Shown piece after piece: positions 1 to 9,742 of a stretch of 64,000 nt of DNA. The number at the start of each line of letters is the position of its first letter. Positions within the stretch are counted from its first letter, which is position 1. Under the pieces are notes generated by a model. The model ran no database searches. It had not been told where the DNA came from and saw nothing but the letters and a program-made list of their open reading frames with translations. The translations under genes and the position numbers were made by a program. The DNA is from an uncultured Clostridia bacterium (GTDB lineage Bacteria > Bacillota > Clostridia > Christensenellales > UBA1242): NCBI GenBank assembly GCA_934772525.1, contig CAKVMI010000003.1, positions 158,418 through 222,417 of the forward strand, in the 5' to 3' direction.

Positions 1-1788
1 TTCAGTTTCTAGTGCCGAAATTTCCTTTTCTACCTTTTTTGCACGTGCTTCTTTTTTTGCTCGCTCTTTATTTAGAAGATACTCATTAACTTTTGGTTTT
101 TCTTCTTCAACTTCTTTATTTATATTTTTGATTTCTTCAATGGTTTCTTCTTTTAAAGTTTTTGGTTCTACCGCACTTCGTTCTTCTTTTGCTTTCATCT
201 CTTCATAATTAGATTTTATAAATTCTGCCTTGCCGTTTTCAAATTTAATTAAACTAGTTGCAAGTTTTTTTACAAAATATCTATCGTGAGATACAAAAAG
301 AATTGTCCCTTTATATTTCAAAAGCATATTTTCAAGGGCTTCTTTACCAACAATATCTAAGTGGTTTGTTGGTTCATCTAGTATTAGTAAATTAGGGCGT
401 CTTTTAAATATTTTACAAAGTGCAAGTCTTACAAGTTCGCCTCCAGATAATTCTTGCAAATTTTTAAAAACATCATCTTGCGTAAACATAAACGACCCTA
501 AGTCGGTACGGGCTTCGGTTAATGTTAAATCGGGAAACTCATGTGTGTAGTTATCTAAAACCGTTTGGTCGCACACATTTGCCGTTACTGTTTGCTGGTC
601 AAAGTATCCTATATCCAAACTTGTACCAAATACGACCTTGCCACCAAGTGGCGGAACCTTACCCATAATAGTTTTGAGTAGAGTACTTTTTCCGCAACCA
701 TTACCACCAATTATGCCAAGGCGTTCCCCCTTATTTAGTCTAAAACTAATAGTTGCAAGCGGTTTATCATATCCCAAAACCAACTCTTCGGCTCTTAGCA
801 CCATTGTAGAACTTTCTCGCATTGGGTCGGTGTTTGCATGAAAGGCTCGCATATCTGCACTTTCGGGTTTTTCTACCACTTCCATTCGGTCAATTTGCTT
901 TAACTTACTTTGTGCCATTGTGGCTTTTGTTGCTTTGTATCTAAATCTATCCGCTAGGGTTTGAAGTCTATTTACTTCGGCAGTATAAGCGTTATAGTCT
1001 TTTAATTGCTTTTGATACTCGGCTTCTTTAATTTCTACAAATTTTGAATAGTTGCCAGCGTACCTTTTAATTTTTCCACGCTCTATTTCATATACTACAT
1101 TTACAAATTTATCCAAAAACGCTCTATCGTGCGAAACAACTATAACTGCCTTTTTATAGTCTGCAAGGTAACTTTCTAGCCACTCTATTGCTAAAATATC
1201 CAAGTGGTTTGTTGGTTCGTCTAGTATTAAAATATCAGGTTTTGAAAGCAATAATTTTATAAGCGCAATTTTGGTTCGCTGGCCACCCGAAAATTCACCA
1301 ATCTTTTTTTGCTTATCTTCTTCGCTAAAGCCAAAATTTTTGAGTGCTTTATTGTATTCTTTTTTGTATGTAAACCCGCCAAGTCGGTCAAAATCTTCAC
1401 ATAGTCTTGTATACTTTTCAATAAGTTTTGCATTAGAGTTATGTTCAAGTTCCTTTTCAAGTTCGGTCATTTTATTTTTTGTATCCAAAATGTTAGAGTA
1501 TGCTTTTAGCACCTCACTTTCAAGCGTTGCGTTATCGTCATCAAAGGTTATTTGCTTAATTTGACCAACCTTAAACGACCCCGTCTTTTCTATTCGGTTA
1601 ATTTTAGTGCTTTCGTCTACCTTATCTATTTCTTGTTCACCGGTAATTACCCTAATTAATGTAGATTTACCGCAACCATTTCGCCCAATTAGGGCAACCT
1701 TATCGGTATCATTTACTTCAAAATTAATATGAGATAAAACGGTTTTTTCGCCAAACGAAACACTAACGTCATTAAGTCTTATTTTCAT
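1..1788 (-). CDS. ABC-F family ATPase (tandem ABC domains); its C-terminal end lies beyond the window start
   Basis: Absent from the ORF track because it runs off the edge. Minus-strand translation from the ATG at 1786-1788 gives MKIRLNDVSVSFGEKTV... It has two Walker A motifs (GRNGCGKST, GGNGCGKST), two signature/Walker B blocks (FSGGQRTK...ILILDEPTNHLD, LSGGELVR...LLILDEPTNHLD) and a K/E-rich tail. Confidence 0.85.
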   Translation of the reverse strand, partial: MKIRLNDVSVSFGEKTVLSHINFEVNDTDKVALIGRNGCGKSTLIRVITGEQEIDKVDESTKINRIEKTGSFKVGQIKQITFDDDNATLESEVLKAYSNILDTKNKMTELEKELEHNSNAKLIEKYTRLCEDFDRLGGFTYKKEYNKALKNFGFSEEDKQKKIGEFSGGQRTKIALIKLLLSKPDILILDEPTNHLDILAIEWLESYLADYKKAVIVVSHDRAFLDKFVNVVYEIERGKIKRYAGNYSKFVEIKEAEYQKQLKDYNAYTAEVNRLQTLADRFRYKATKATMAQSKLKQIDRMEVVEKPESADMRAFHANTDPMRESSTMVLRAEELVLGYDKPLATISFRLNKGERLGIIGGNGCGKSTLLKTIMGKVPPLGGKVVFGTSLDIGYFDQQTVTANVCDQTVLDNYTHEFPDLTLTEARTDLGSFMFTQDDVFKNLQELSGGELVRLALCKIFKRRPNLLILDEPTNHLDIVGKEALENMLLKYKGTILFVSHDRYFVKKLATSLIKFENGKAEFIKSNYEEMKAKEERSAVEPKTLKEETIEEIKNINKEVEEEKPKVNEYLLNKERAKKEARAKKVEKEISALETE

Positions 1789-1847
1789 AACGTTAGTATT
1801 ATATCAAACGGAAATTAATTTAGCAAGTGCTAAATGAATTGCTTTAT

Positions 1848-3182
1848 TTAAATTTGCCCTTTTTGATGTATTTTATTTAATTCTAGAATTACTTTTGCTA
1901 TAGTTTCAGCATACAGCGTGCTAAGCGACAAACTTTCGGACTCTACCATAACCCGAATAACCTTTTCGGTTCCGCTTTTTCGAACTACCACACGCCCGAA
2001 ATCTCCAAGGCTTGCAGAAACCGAATTTATTACAGCCTTTAATTCATACGACTCTATAATTTCATCGCCAAAATTTGTAGCACAATTAATTGTTTTTTGT
2101 GGAAGTGTTTCGGCATCCATTAAAATATCTAACTTCTCGCCAGTAATCTTTAATACTTCAGCCAAAATTAAAGACGCAAGTATTCCGTCCGACACCGACT
2201 GATAATCGGATAAAATAATATGACCCGATACTTCGCCCCCAAGATTTGCTCCAATTTCTGCCATTTTTTCTGACACATTACGGTCTCCCACGCTTGAGAT
2301 AATAGCACCCACGCCACGTATTTTTAATTGGTTTAAAATTCCGCCATTTGAAAGAGTTGTACAAACAATTAAATTTTGCTTTAATTTGCCAAGGGAATGT
2401 AAATAATTTGCTAAAACATACATTATGGTATCGCCGTCATAAACTTTACCACTCATTGACACTACAATTACTCTATCCGCATCGCCGTCGTACGCAAAAC
2501 CGCAATCGGCATTTTCTTCTAGTACCCGCTGAACCAACAGTTCGGGATGCAATGCTCCAACACCTTCATTTATAAATACTCCACTTGGATTGTTAGATAT
2601 TGACACCACTTCGGCACCTAAGTTTTTGAAAACTCTTTCGGTAACTGCTGAACCCGCCCCGTTAGCGTTATCTAGCACAATTTTTAAGCCGTCAAGCGTT
2701 ACGCTCGTTACATTTTCTAAAAACTCAGCGTAAATTTCCACATTTTCAGGACAAGTGTAATATTCTCCCGCTTTTGAATAATCTAGAGTGATGGGTTCTA
2801 ACATAAATCGCTCTATCTCTTCTTCTTCAGAAATGCAAAGTTCTTCGCCTGCTTTATTAAAAATCTTAAACCCATTAAAAATATTTATGTTATGCGACGC
2901 CGTAACAACCACACCAAAATCTGCATTAAGTACTTTAGTTAAAAAAGATACCCCCGCCGTAGGGCAAACTCCAATATCTAAAATTGTTCCGCCCATACTT
3001 AAAATGCCTAAAGACACCGAATGCGAAAGGATACCCCCGCTAGGTCTGGTATCACGCGCTAGAACCACACGTGGATTAGCACGATATTTAGATAGTGCCA
3101 CCCCAAGTTTAAACGCTAATTCACAATTTATATCCTTTCCCACTTCCCCACGTATTCCGCTTGTTCCAAAATATTTCGTCAT
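1848..3182 (-). CDS. glmM: phosphoglucosamine mutase
   Basis: 444-aa ORF. It has the N-terminal MTKYFGTSGIRG, the phosphoserine loop TASHN and the metal loop YDGDADR, and is collinear with GlmM-type phosphohexomutases. Confidence 0.85.
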   Translation of the reverse strand: MTKYFGTSGIRGEVGKDINCELAFKLGVALSKYRANPRVVLARDTRPSGGILSHSVSLGILSMGGTILDIGVCPTAGVSFLTKVLNADFGVVVTASHNINIFNGFKIFNKAGEELCISEEEEIERFMLEPITLDYSKAGEYYTCPENVEIYAEFLENVTSVTLDGLKIVLDNANGAGSAVTERVFKNLGAEVVSISNNPSGVFINEGVGALHPELLVQRVLEENADCGFAYDGDADRVIVVSMSGKVYDGDTIMYVLANYLHSLGKLKQNLIVCTTLSNGGILNQLKIRGVGAIISSVGDRNVSEKMAEIGANLGGEVSGHIILSDYQSVSDGILASLILAEVLKITGEKLDILMDAETLPQKTINCATNFGDEIIESYELKAVINSVSASLGDFGRVVVRKSGTEKVIRVMVESESLSLSTLYAETIAKVILELNKIHQKGQI

Positions 3183-3318
3183 CTTTAACTCCTTTTATTT
3201 ACTATATGCCGTAACTTTTAGTTTGGTTTACCCTGCAAAACTAAAAAGCTAAAAAAGACTAGTAAATGGTTTTAATTTGTGTTATAATTAAAAAACTAAA
3301 AAAACAAAAGGTATATTT

Positions 3319-5154
3319 ATGGAAGAAACCCCATTTATGCATTTATGCAATAATTTAGATAGCGCTCGCTTTGTTGGACCCGACGACTTAGTAAAAACTT
3401 TTAAAGAAACATTTAAAAAAGTTCTAAAAAGAATGGATGCATATTTTTTGGAACACGATTACTATTCTATAGTAGACTATGGTGCAATAGTTGAACAAAT
3501 TTTGAATAGTGATGGATATTACCGCTTTTGTGTAGATAACACACTCAAAAAAATCACATCGTTAGGAAAGTGTTGTTTTCCCAGCGAAAATGGTTCTTAT
3601 ATTTTATTGTACGAATATACACTAAATAACCCAACTTACAGAGAAACTGTTTTGTGCCACGAATTTATCCATATGCTTTCCCGTAGTTTTAAGCAAAAAC
3701 TTGTATTAAAAAAGGGCGAAAAAAAGATAATAAATACAAAATTTTTATCAAAAGAAAATTATGGTTCTGTTGAGATAAATAACCTAACTAAACACACATT
3801 CAAAAGAGATAATTCAGAAAATCCATTTTTTTTTAAACTAATTTCTGAAGGCTTTACCGAACTACTATGTAATAAAATTTACCCTGACGCTCCTTATACC
3901 TATTTTGGTTACCGAAAACTTGTACATCTATTAAACTCATTAACCGGAGAAGAAAATAATATACAAGATTTTTTGCGTGGTGAATTTGGCGATTTAATAT
4001 CTATCATAGGAAAGCCCGAATTCTTGAGAATTTTACAAAAGTCTGTTCCCTTAAACGACGCTATGCAAGAACACTTTGACCGAATAACCGAACACAAAGA
4101 ATTTTCCGATATGCAACTGGCTATTGTAATACCGGCACTTAAGGGCATTCAAGAAAACCCAAACAACTTCAATGCAAAAAATATTATAAATTTTTGCGGT
4201 TCGCTTGGAGTAAATGCAAGCGAAATGTTAAATGAGTTTGCTCCACGCATCTTTACAATAAATTCGCTTAAAGAAATGCTAAATGATCTAATAGAACAAA
4301 AAACTAAACACAATGAAGATTCCACATCAAAGTTTAAAGAACTTTTGATATATTCACTTTTTTATGCGGACAAACTTTCAAAATGCAAATATTTATCACT
4401 TCTAAATGCAGATATTCTAAATTACGAGAAAAACACTTTGTTGGAAGAATTAGGCTTACCAAACACAACCGACGGCAAAACATATAGAGCAAACATTAAA
4501 AAAGCCGAGCAACGTCGCCAAGAGCTATTGGATGAATGTACCAACTTGCTAGATAATTTTGATTGTTTACCATACTTAAAAATTATCGCTAAACGTTGCG
4601 GTTTAGAAAACGTTAGAAGCATAAAATTATTGAAATTTGAAAAAGATAAAAAATTTTTACTATTAGACGTCGACGGGTATGAACCTATATATTTGCCAAT
4701 TAGTAAAGATGAATTGCTTGTTCGTACAAAGTCAACTACCAAAATAGGAAAAGCGGTACCACTATACAGCACCAAATTGGACGAAGATGACTTAAGCGAA
4801 GTTATGTATAATACGGGCGAAAAAGTAAATAAGGACTCTACGCTGATCACATTTATGGACAATACAAAACTTGTAGAGTTTACAGATAAAAATAATAAGG
4901 CCCGTTTTGGAATTCCCGTTTTACCGACATCCGCCAAAGATAGTTCTAAAATTTTAGAGATTGAATCAGCTTCTTTATATTCCGCAGAAAATGACGAAAT
5001 AAAATGTTTAATTGAAACAGAACCCCGTGAAAATATAGATAATATTTTAGACACATACATAAATAGGTTATTTACCCCAACCGAAACCCCCACCGAAATT
5101 TTGGATGCAACGGATGATCTTTTCGAAAAACAACAAAAGAAAAATATACAATAA
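3319..5154 (+). CDS. hypothetical 611-aa protein with a single HExxH motif (CHEFIHM)
   Basis: Long uninterrupted ORF with an A-rich coding strand. It has no signal peptide or TM segment. The only recognisable motif is HEFIH at about residue 115. Confidence 0.6.
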   Translation: MEETPFMHLCNNLDSARFVGPDDLVKTFKETFKKVLKRMDAYFLEHDYYSIVDYGAIVEQILNSDGYYRFCVDNTLKKITSLGKCCFPSENGSYILLYEYTLNNPTYRETVLCHEFIHMLSRSFKQKLVLKKGEKKIINTKFLSKENYGSVEINNLTKHTFKRDNSENPFFFKLISEGFTELLCNKIYPDAPYTYFGYRKLVHLLNSLTGEENNIQDFLRGEFGDLISIIGKPEFLRILQKSVPLNDAMQEHFDRITEHKEFSDMQLAIVIPALKGIQENPNNFNAKNIINFCGSLGVNASEMLNEFAPRIFTINSLKEMLNDLIEQKTKHNEDSTSKFKELLIYSLFYADKLSKCKYLSLLNADILNYEKNTLLEELGLPNTTDGKTYRANIKKAEQRRQELLDECTNLLDNFDCLPYLKIIAKRCGLENVRSIKLLKFEKDKKFLLLDVDGYEPIYLPISKDELLVRTKSTTKIGKAVPLYSTKLDEDDLSEVMYNTGEKVNKDSTLITFMDNTKLVEFTDKNNKARFGIPVLPTSAKDSSKILEIESASLYSAENDEIKCLIETEPRENIDNILDTYINRLFTPTETPTEILDATDDLFEKQQKKNIQ

Positions 5155-5474
5155 ATCGCAAAGAAAGTAGCAATAAAAACCACCGCTACCCGCTTCGACG
5201 ACCCAAACAGTGCAAGCAAGTAATTAGAAAGAGAAAAGAAAGAGTAAAATAACTAAATGTAAGATTAAAACTCGACAAGAAGTATATGGAGTTTGTTATA
5301 AGGAAAGTACGGAAACTCTAGTACCGGTTGCCACCGCTAACTAGTAAAAAAACCAATGTGGTAAACTAATAAAACAGAAATAAAAAACTTAAAAAACATT
5401 AAAGAGTATAAACACAAAAGAACTATTGAAAATTTAGAAAAATCTAAACTTAAAATAGTTCTTTTTGCTATAAA

Positions 5475-6110
5475 TTAATTTTTGTAAGTAATTTGTTGAG
5501 CCAAAAGGTCACGAATTTGAGATAGTAACTCTTCTTCTTTGTTCTTTTCAGCATTCTTGGTTGCTTCTTCTTCAGCCTTTTTCTTGGCTTCTTCTTCAGC
5601 TTTAGCCTTTTCATTTTCTTCAGCCTTAGCCTTCTTTTCTGCTTGGTATTCTGCCCAAACTTCCTTGAATGCACGGTTTTCAGCCTTAGCTTTTGCACGG
5701 CATTCTCTCTTTTCTTCACGCTTAGACTTATTGTTAATTTCGTCTACGGCTTCCTTCATTAAAGCGTTTGCCTTCATGCAAGCCTTTAAAATTAAGAATA
5801 GAACTAATGCTATTAGGAAGAAGTTAATAATTGCAGTAATAAAAGCGCCCCAGTCTATGTAAATACTTTTTGCAAGGTCAAGTTCGCCGTTTGCATCATA
5901 TGCTTTACGCAAAAATGTGTATGCTTTTTCTAGTCCGTTACCGCTATCTCCGCCAGCTGAAAGTATCCAGTTGATAAATGGCATAATGATTTTATTTGTA
6001 AGAGCTGTAACAATAGAACTAAATGCACCACCTATGATAACACCGACAGCCATATCTACAACATTGCCACGACTGATAAATTCTTTAAATTCTTTAAAAA
6101 ACTTTTTCAT
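5475..6110 (-). CDS. mscL: large-conductance mechanosensitive channel MscL with a K/E/A-rich insertion before the C-terminal helix
   Basis: N-terminus MKKFFKEFKEFISRGNVVDMAVGVIIGGAF and C-terminal EELLSQIRDLL match MscL. At 211 aa it is longer than the usual 130-150 aa. Confidence 0.85.
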   Translation of the reverse strand: MKKFFKEFKEFISRGNVVDMAVGVIIGGAFSSIVTALTNKIIMPFINWILSAGGDSGNGLEKAYTFLRKAYDANGELDLAKSIYIDWGAFITAIINFFLIALVLFLILKACMKANALMKEAVDEINNKSKREEKRECRAKAKAENRAFKEVWAEYQAEKKAKAEENEKAKAEEEAKKKAEEEATKNAEKNKEEELLSQIRDLLAQQITYKN

Positions 6111-6274
6111 ATTCTCTCCTTTTCAAATTTTGTAATCGTTTGATATTTTATCACATTTTTCTCGAATATCAATAAAATTTTGACAATCTTCTAATAAAAA
6201 ATAAAAAAATAGAAAGAAATACAATAATTTAAATTAAAATTGTTCTCTTTCTATTCTATTTTGCATTTTAAATT

Positions 6275-7663
6275 TTAGTATTGGCAGTTTAATGGAGTTC
6301 TTGGGAATGGTATGCAATCACGGATGTTATCTACGCCGGTTAGATACATAACTAGTCTTTCAAAGCCCATACCAAAGCCAGAATGGATGCATGAGCCAAA
6401 CTTTCTTAAGTTTAGATACCAGTCAATAGGTTCGGTGTCTACGCCAAGTTCTTTGCAACGAGCTATAATCTTTTCGTAATTTTCTTCTCTTTGACTACCA
6501 CCCATCAACTCTCCAGCACCTGGAACTTCTAGGTCTACACCAGCAACGGTTTTGCCGTCAGCATTTTGCTTCATATAGAATGACTTAATATCCTTTGGCC
6601 AGTTTTTAATAAATACAGGACCATCAAAATATTCAGTTATATATTTTTCGTGTTCTTTTGAAATATCTCCGCCTTGAACTGGTTCAAATTCCCACTTAAC
6701 ATCGGCCTTTTGTAAGATATCTATAACTTCAGCGTGGTCTATACGGGTAAACTTACTTGTAAGCAATTTTTCTAGTTTTGCAATTAAGCCCTTATCTACA
6801 AATTGATTTAAGAATTCCATTTCATCACGGCAAGTTGTTAGGACTTCCTTTACAACGCTCTTTAGCATTTCTTCTTCGATGTCCATAAGTTCGTCCAAGT
6901 CACAAAATGCGATTTCTGGTTCTATCATCCAAAATTCGTTTGCATGGTATTTGGTGTTAGAATTTTCAGTTCTGAATGTTGGCCCAAAGGTATAAATTTT
7001 GTTAAATGCAAGTGCAAACGCTTCGCCATGAAGTTGACCTGAACCCGTGATGTATGCGGTTTTGCCAAATAAGTCTTGCGACATATCCGCACTGCCATCT
7101 TTATTTTTTGGAATATTGTTTAAGTCTAGTGTAGTAACCTTAAACATTTGGTCAGAGCCTTCGCAATCGGCTGTAGTGATTAGTGGAGTGTTTACATAAA
7201 CATATCCATTTTGTTGGAAGTACTTATGTATTGCCATTGCTGCTACACTTCTAATTCTAAACACGGCTTGGAAAAGGTTAGAACGTGGTCTAAGGTAAGC
7301 AATATTTCTTAAATATTCTACCGAATGATATTTCTTCTGCAAAGGGTATTCGTTATCTGTTGCACAGAAAATTTGTACATCGGTTGCAACGATTTCAAAA
7401 GGCTGTTTGTTTTCTGGTGTGCACTTTAAAGTACCTTGAACTATTACTGTAGAACCCGCATTTAGTTTTGCAATCTCTTCGTAATTTTTTAAAGTGTTAT
7501 CAAAAATTATTTGAACGGGTTTAAAGCAAGTGCCGTCGGTTAATGTGCAAAAGCCGAAATCTTTGCTATTTCTAACGCTTTTTACCCAACCAGCCACTTT
7601 CACTAAACTGCCATCTAATTCGCTATATTTTTCATTTAATATTTTTACATCTGTTCTTTTCAT
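6275..7663 (-). CDS. asnS: asparagine--tRNA ligase
   Basis: Class II core FGPTFRTENSNTKYHANEFWMIEPEIAF and C-terminal GFGMGFERL. The ATG at 7663 (MKRTD) is preferred because GGAG lies 7 nt upstream; the ORF-track start at 7675 is a TTG. Confidence 0.9.
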   Translation of the reverse strand: MKRTDVKILNEKYSELDGSLVKVAGWVKSVRNSKDFGFCTLTDGTCFKPVQIIFDNTLKNYEEIAKLNAGSTVIVQGTLKCTPENKQPFEIVATDVQIFCATDNEYPLQKKYHSVEYLRNIAYLRPRSNLFQAVFRIRSVAAMAIHKYFQQNGYVYVNTPLITTADCEGSDQMFKVTTLDLNNIPKNKDGSADMSQDLFGKTAYITGSGQLHGEAFALAFNKIYTFGPTFRTENSNTKYHANEFWMIEPEIAFCDLDELMDIEEEMLKSVVKEVLTTCRDEMEFLNQFVDKGLIAKLEKLLTSKFTRIDHAEVIDILQKADVKWEFEPVQGGDISKEHEKYITEYFDGPVFIKNWPKDIKSFYMKQNADGKTVAGVDLEVPGAGELMGGSQREENYEKIIARCKELGVDTEPIDWYLNLRKFGSCIHSGFGMGFERLVMYLTGVDNIRDCIPFPRTPLNCQY

Positions 7664-7824
7664 AATTTGCTCCAAATTAGTAAATTTTAGTTTATTTTAG
7701 CACACAATTCACAGTTTCTGCAAGTGTTATTGTGTTTAATTTGCTATTAATTAATTTTTATATTCATTTTATTTAATACAAATCTCGCCCGCTACGGCAT
7801 TACTCTTTTTCATAGTTTCTCCTT

Positions 7825-7862
7825 AAAATAAAAATCACCATTTAGTGAACCCCAAATGATGA
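7825..7862 (-). terminator. stem-loop plus U-run inside the asnS 5' leader (attenuator or sRNA terminator)
   Basis: On the minus strand, UCAUCAUUU-GGGGUUCACU-AAAUGGUGA is followed by UUUUUAUUUU. Confidence 0.45.
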
Positions 7863-7978
7863 CTTGTTATTTTTTATAGCCAAAAGGAACTCACTAACTA
7901 TTTAGTAAGATTAGATTATTATTGCAATTATTTAATTCAGCAAAAAACATAACCATAGTATTTCCTTTTTATGCATTT

Positions 7979-8007
7979 ATATTAGCACCAAAAAATTAGT
8001 TTGTCAA
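7979..8007 (-). promoter_or_regulatory. putative sigma-A promoter driving the asnS leader
   Basis: The minus strand reads TTGACA, a 17-nt spacer ending TGC, then TAATAT. Confidence 0.4.
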
Positions 8008-8275
8008 TTATTTGGCTTAAACTTAAATAATTTCAGTGCTGAAGTGTGCTTTTTATTTTACAATTATCATATTGCCCATTATTTTAAATATCTCTAATAT
8101 TTATTTTACACAATTTAATTGCAAATATTGTTAAATATCAAACATTTATCTCTTAAGTTAATTATAAAGCTTTGAAATGGTTGCCGAAAATTTAGTTATT
8201 TTTTTTTAAGTTAACTCATTATTTTGATATATTTTTTAAAATGCAGTATAATTAACATTATTAGAGGTAATTTAT

Positions 8276-8941
8276 ATGTATAGTTTTTTATTTAGTAAAA
8301 TTAATGATGTTAGTGAGTCAAATTTGAAAATTTGTAGGCAATATATTAAAAATGATAAAATAGTTGTGTTTCCTTGGACTTTTGCAAGTGAATCAAATTT
8401 AGATGAAGTGAATATAGATTTTTTTTGTTCTGGTGGAAAGCATTATGAAAAATATGTTTCGCAGTTAAGCTTGTTAGGATTTAATAGAGAGAATATAAAA
8501 ATAATTAACCCCTACTTGGTTACAAAAGATGAAATTAAAGATATTTTAGATAATAGTACTTATGCATTTATTCCTGGTGGAAATCCAGAAATGTTTATGA
8601 CTTTAGCAATTAGACTTGGAGTTTTGGACTTTTTTACCAACTATAAAGGCAATATGATTGGTGAAAGCGCCGGCAGTGATTTGCAATTTGAACTATACCA
8701 AATACCAAAATTTAATAATTTTTATGACTGCTCATCTTATTATAACGGGTTTGGTTTAATAAAGGGACAATATATTGTTGATGTACACTCTCAAAAAAAC
8801 AAAAAATATTTAAATGAATTAACCCGATTGGCTCGTATGAAAAACTTAAAGATTTTGACAATAGATAACAATTCTTGTGTTATTGTTAATAGACAAAATA
8901 GTGATATAATCAAAATTGGAAATGTTAGTGAAGTTGAATAG
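8276..8941 (+). CDS. peptidase S51 (dipeptidase E)-like protein
   Basis: 221 aa with an AGAGG RBS. FIPGGNPEMF and GESAGSD blocks resemble the S51 GGN / G-x-SAG nucleophile motifs. Confidence 0.45.
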   Translation: MYSFLFSKINDVSESNLKICRQYIKNDKIVVFPWTFASESNLDEVNIDFFCSGGKHYEKYVSQLSLLGFNRENIKIINPYLVTKDEIKDILDNSTYAFIPGGNPEMFMTLAIRLGVLDFFTNYKGNMIGESAGSDLQFELYQIPKFNNFYDCSSYYNGFGLIKGQYIVDVHSQKNKKYLNELTRLARMKNLKILTIDNNSCVIVNRQNSDIIKIGNVSEVE

Positions 8942-9011
8942 TCTTTTAATTACAATATCATCTATATATCAATAAATTAATTGACACTCAAAAAATATAC
9001 GGCAAAATAAA

Positions 9012-9050
9012 AAACCGCATTGGAGATATATTCCAAGACGGTTTTTTGTT
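9012..9050 (+). terminator. rho-independent terminator of the S51-like gene
   Basis: ACCG-CA-TTGGA...TCCAA-GA-CGGT stem followed by TTTTTTG. Confidence 0.5.
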
Positions 9051-9051
9051 T

Positions 9052-9198
9052 TCTTAAACAAATTTGTTTAAATTGTTTTTTTGCTTTGTTTAAACATCTT
9101 TTTGCTTGTTTAGCTGTTTTTCGTTTGTTTAAACGGCTTTCTACTTGTTTAATTTACTTTTTGCTTTGCTTAAGCAAATTTTTGCTTTACTTGTTTTC
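9052..9198. repeat. degenerate tandem repeat with a period of about 20 bp (TTTTTGCTTTGTTTAAAC-like): five clear copies plus two degenerate ones
   Basis: The TTGTTTA core recurs at 9064, 9086, 9106, 9125 and 9145 (spacing 22, 20, 19, 20), each preceded by a T-run. The block starts with the 18-bp palindrome TTAAACAAATTTGTTTAA. Confidence 0.6.
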
Positions 9199-9633
9199 TT
9201 CAGTTTTTTCAGCGGTTTCAGATGAACCAACTTCTTCTTCTTCGTTTTCTGCTTCTTCAGCGCAATCTTCACACTCGCAATCATCATGACAACAGCAGTG
9301 GAATTCTGAATCTTTTGAGCAAAGTGCCAAAATTGCAAATACTACAAATGTAACGATTTTGCAAATTGAAATAATGCTACTAAAGATAGAATATGCTCTG
9401 AACATTTCAGAACTTGCACCAAATAATCCATTTAGTGAAGACCAAAGTGCAGTAAATGCAGATAGTGCTAAAAAGATTACTGAAACTACAAATACCTTTT
9501 TGTTTTCGGCTCTTAGTTCTTCATCTTCGCAGTTTAAAAATACAAAACCGCCTACAAGTGCGTAACAAATAGCACTAACATAGCCACTTACCCATAATAG
9601 TAATTTTGCCCAAGGCTTTTTGATATCTATCAT
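9187..9633 (-). CDS. multi-pass membrane protein with a Cys-rich acidic C-terminal tail
   Basis: 148 aa with several hydrophobic helices, then HCCCHDDCECEDCAEEAENEEEE. Confidence 0.6.
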   Translation of the reverse strand: MIDIKKPWAKLLLWVSGYVSAICYALVGGFVFLNCEDEELRAENKKVFVVSVIFLALSAFTALWSSLNGLFGASSEMFRAYSIFSSIISICKIVTFVVFAILALCSKDSEFHCCCHDDCECEDCAEEAENEEEEVGSSETAEKTEENK

Positions 9634-9742
9634 AAAAAAATCTCCTTATTTAATTATACTACGATTTTACAAAAAAATTGATAATTTGTCAACAACCCGC
9701 TAATAAAAAAACTTCCACAATTTTGATGGAAGTTAATTTTAA

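Noticed and set aside
638-5219. Multiple antisense or alternate-frame ORFs inside the ABC-F gene, glmM and the 611-aa gene (638-841, 1271-1564, 1918-2202, 2348-2575, 2788-3252, 3909-4148, 4422-5219). Similar shadows occur in ychF, ftsH, mnmG, mnmE, dnaN, dnaA, gyrB and gyrA.
   Set aside because: Each lies wholly within, and opposite to or out of frame with, a gene that has clear family motifs. Their composition is S/F/L-rich, as expected for antisense of A-rich coding DNA.
5468-5719. 83-aa K/R-rich ORF overlapping the mscL 3' half in another frame.
   Set aside because: It is a frame-shifted reading of the K/E/A-rich repeat of mscL. The mscL frame preserves the canonical C-terminal helix.
7676-7990. 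T-box riboswitch upstream of asnS.
   Set aside because: The leader is only about 145 nt before its terminator. I could not find the conserved T-box 14-mer or a specifier loop with an AAC/AAU codon. It is left as an unclassified leader.
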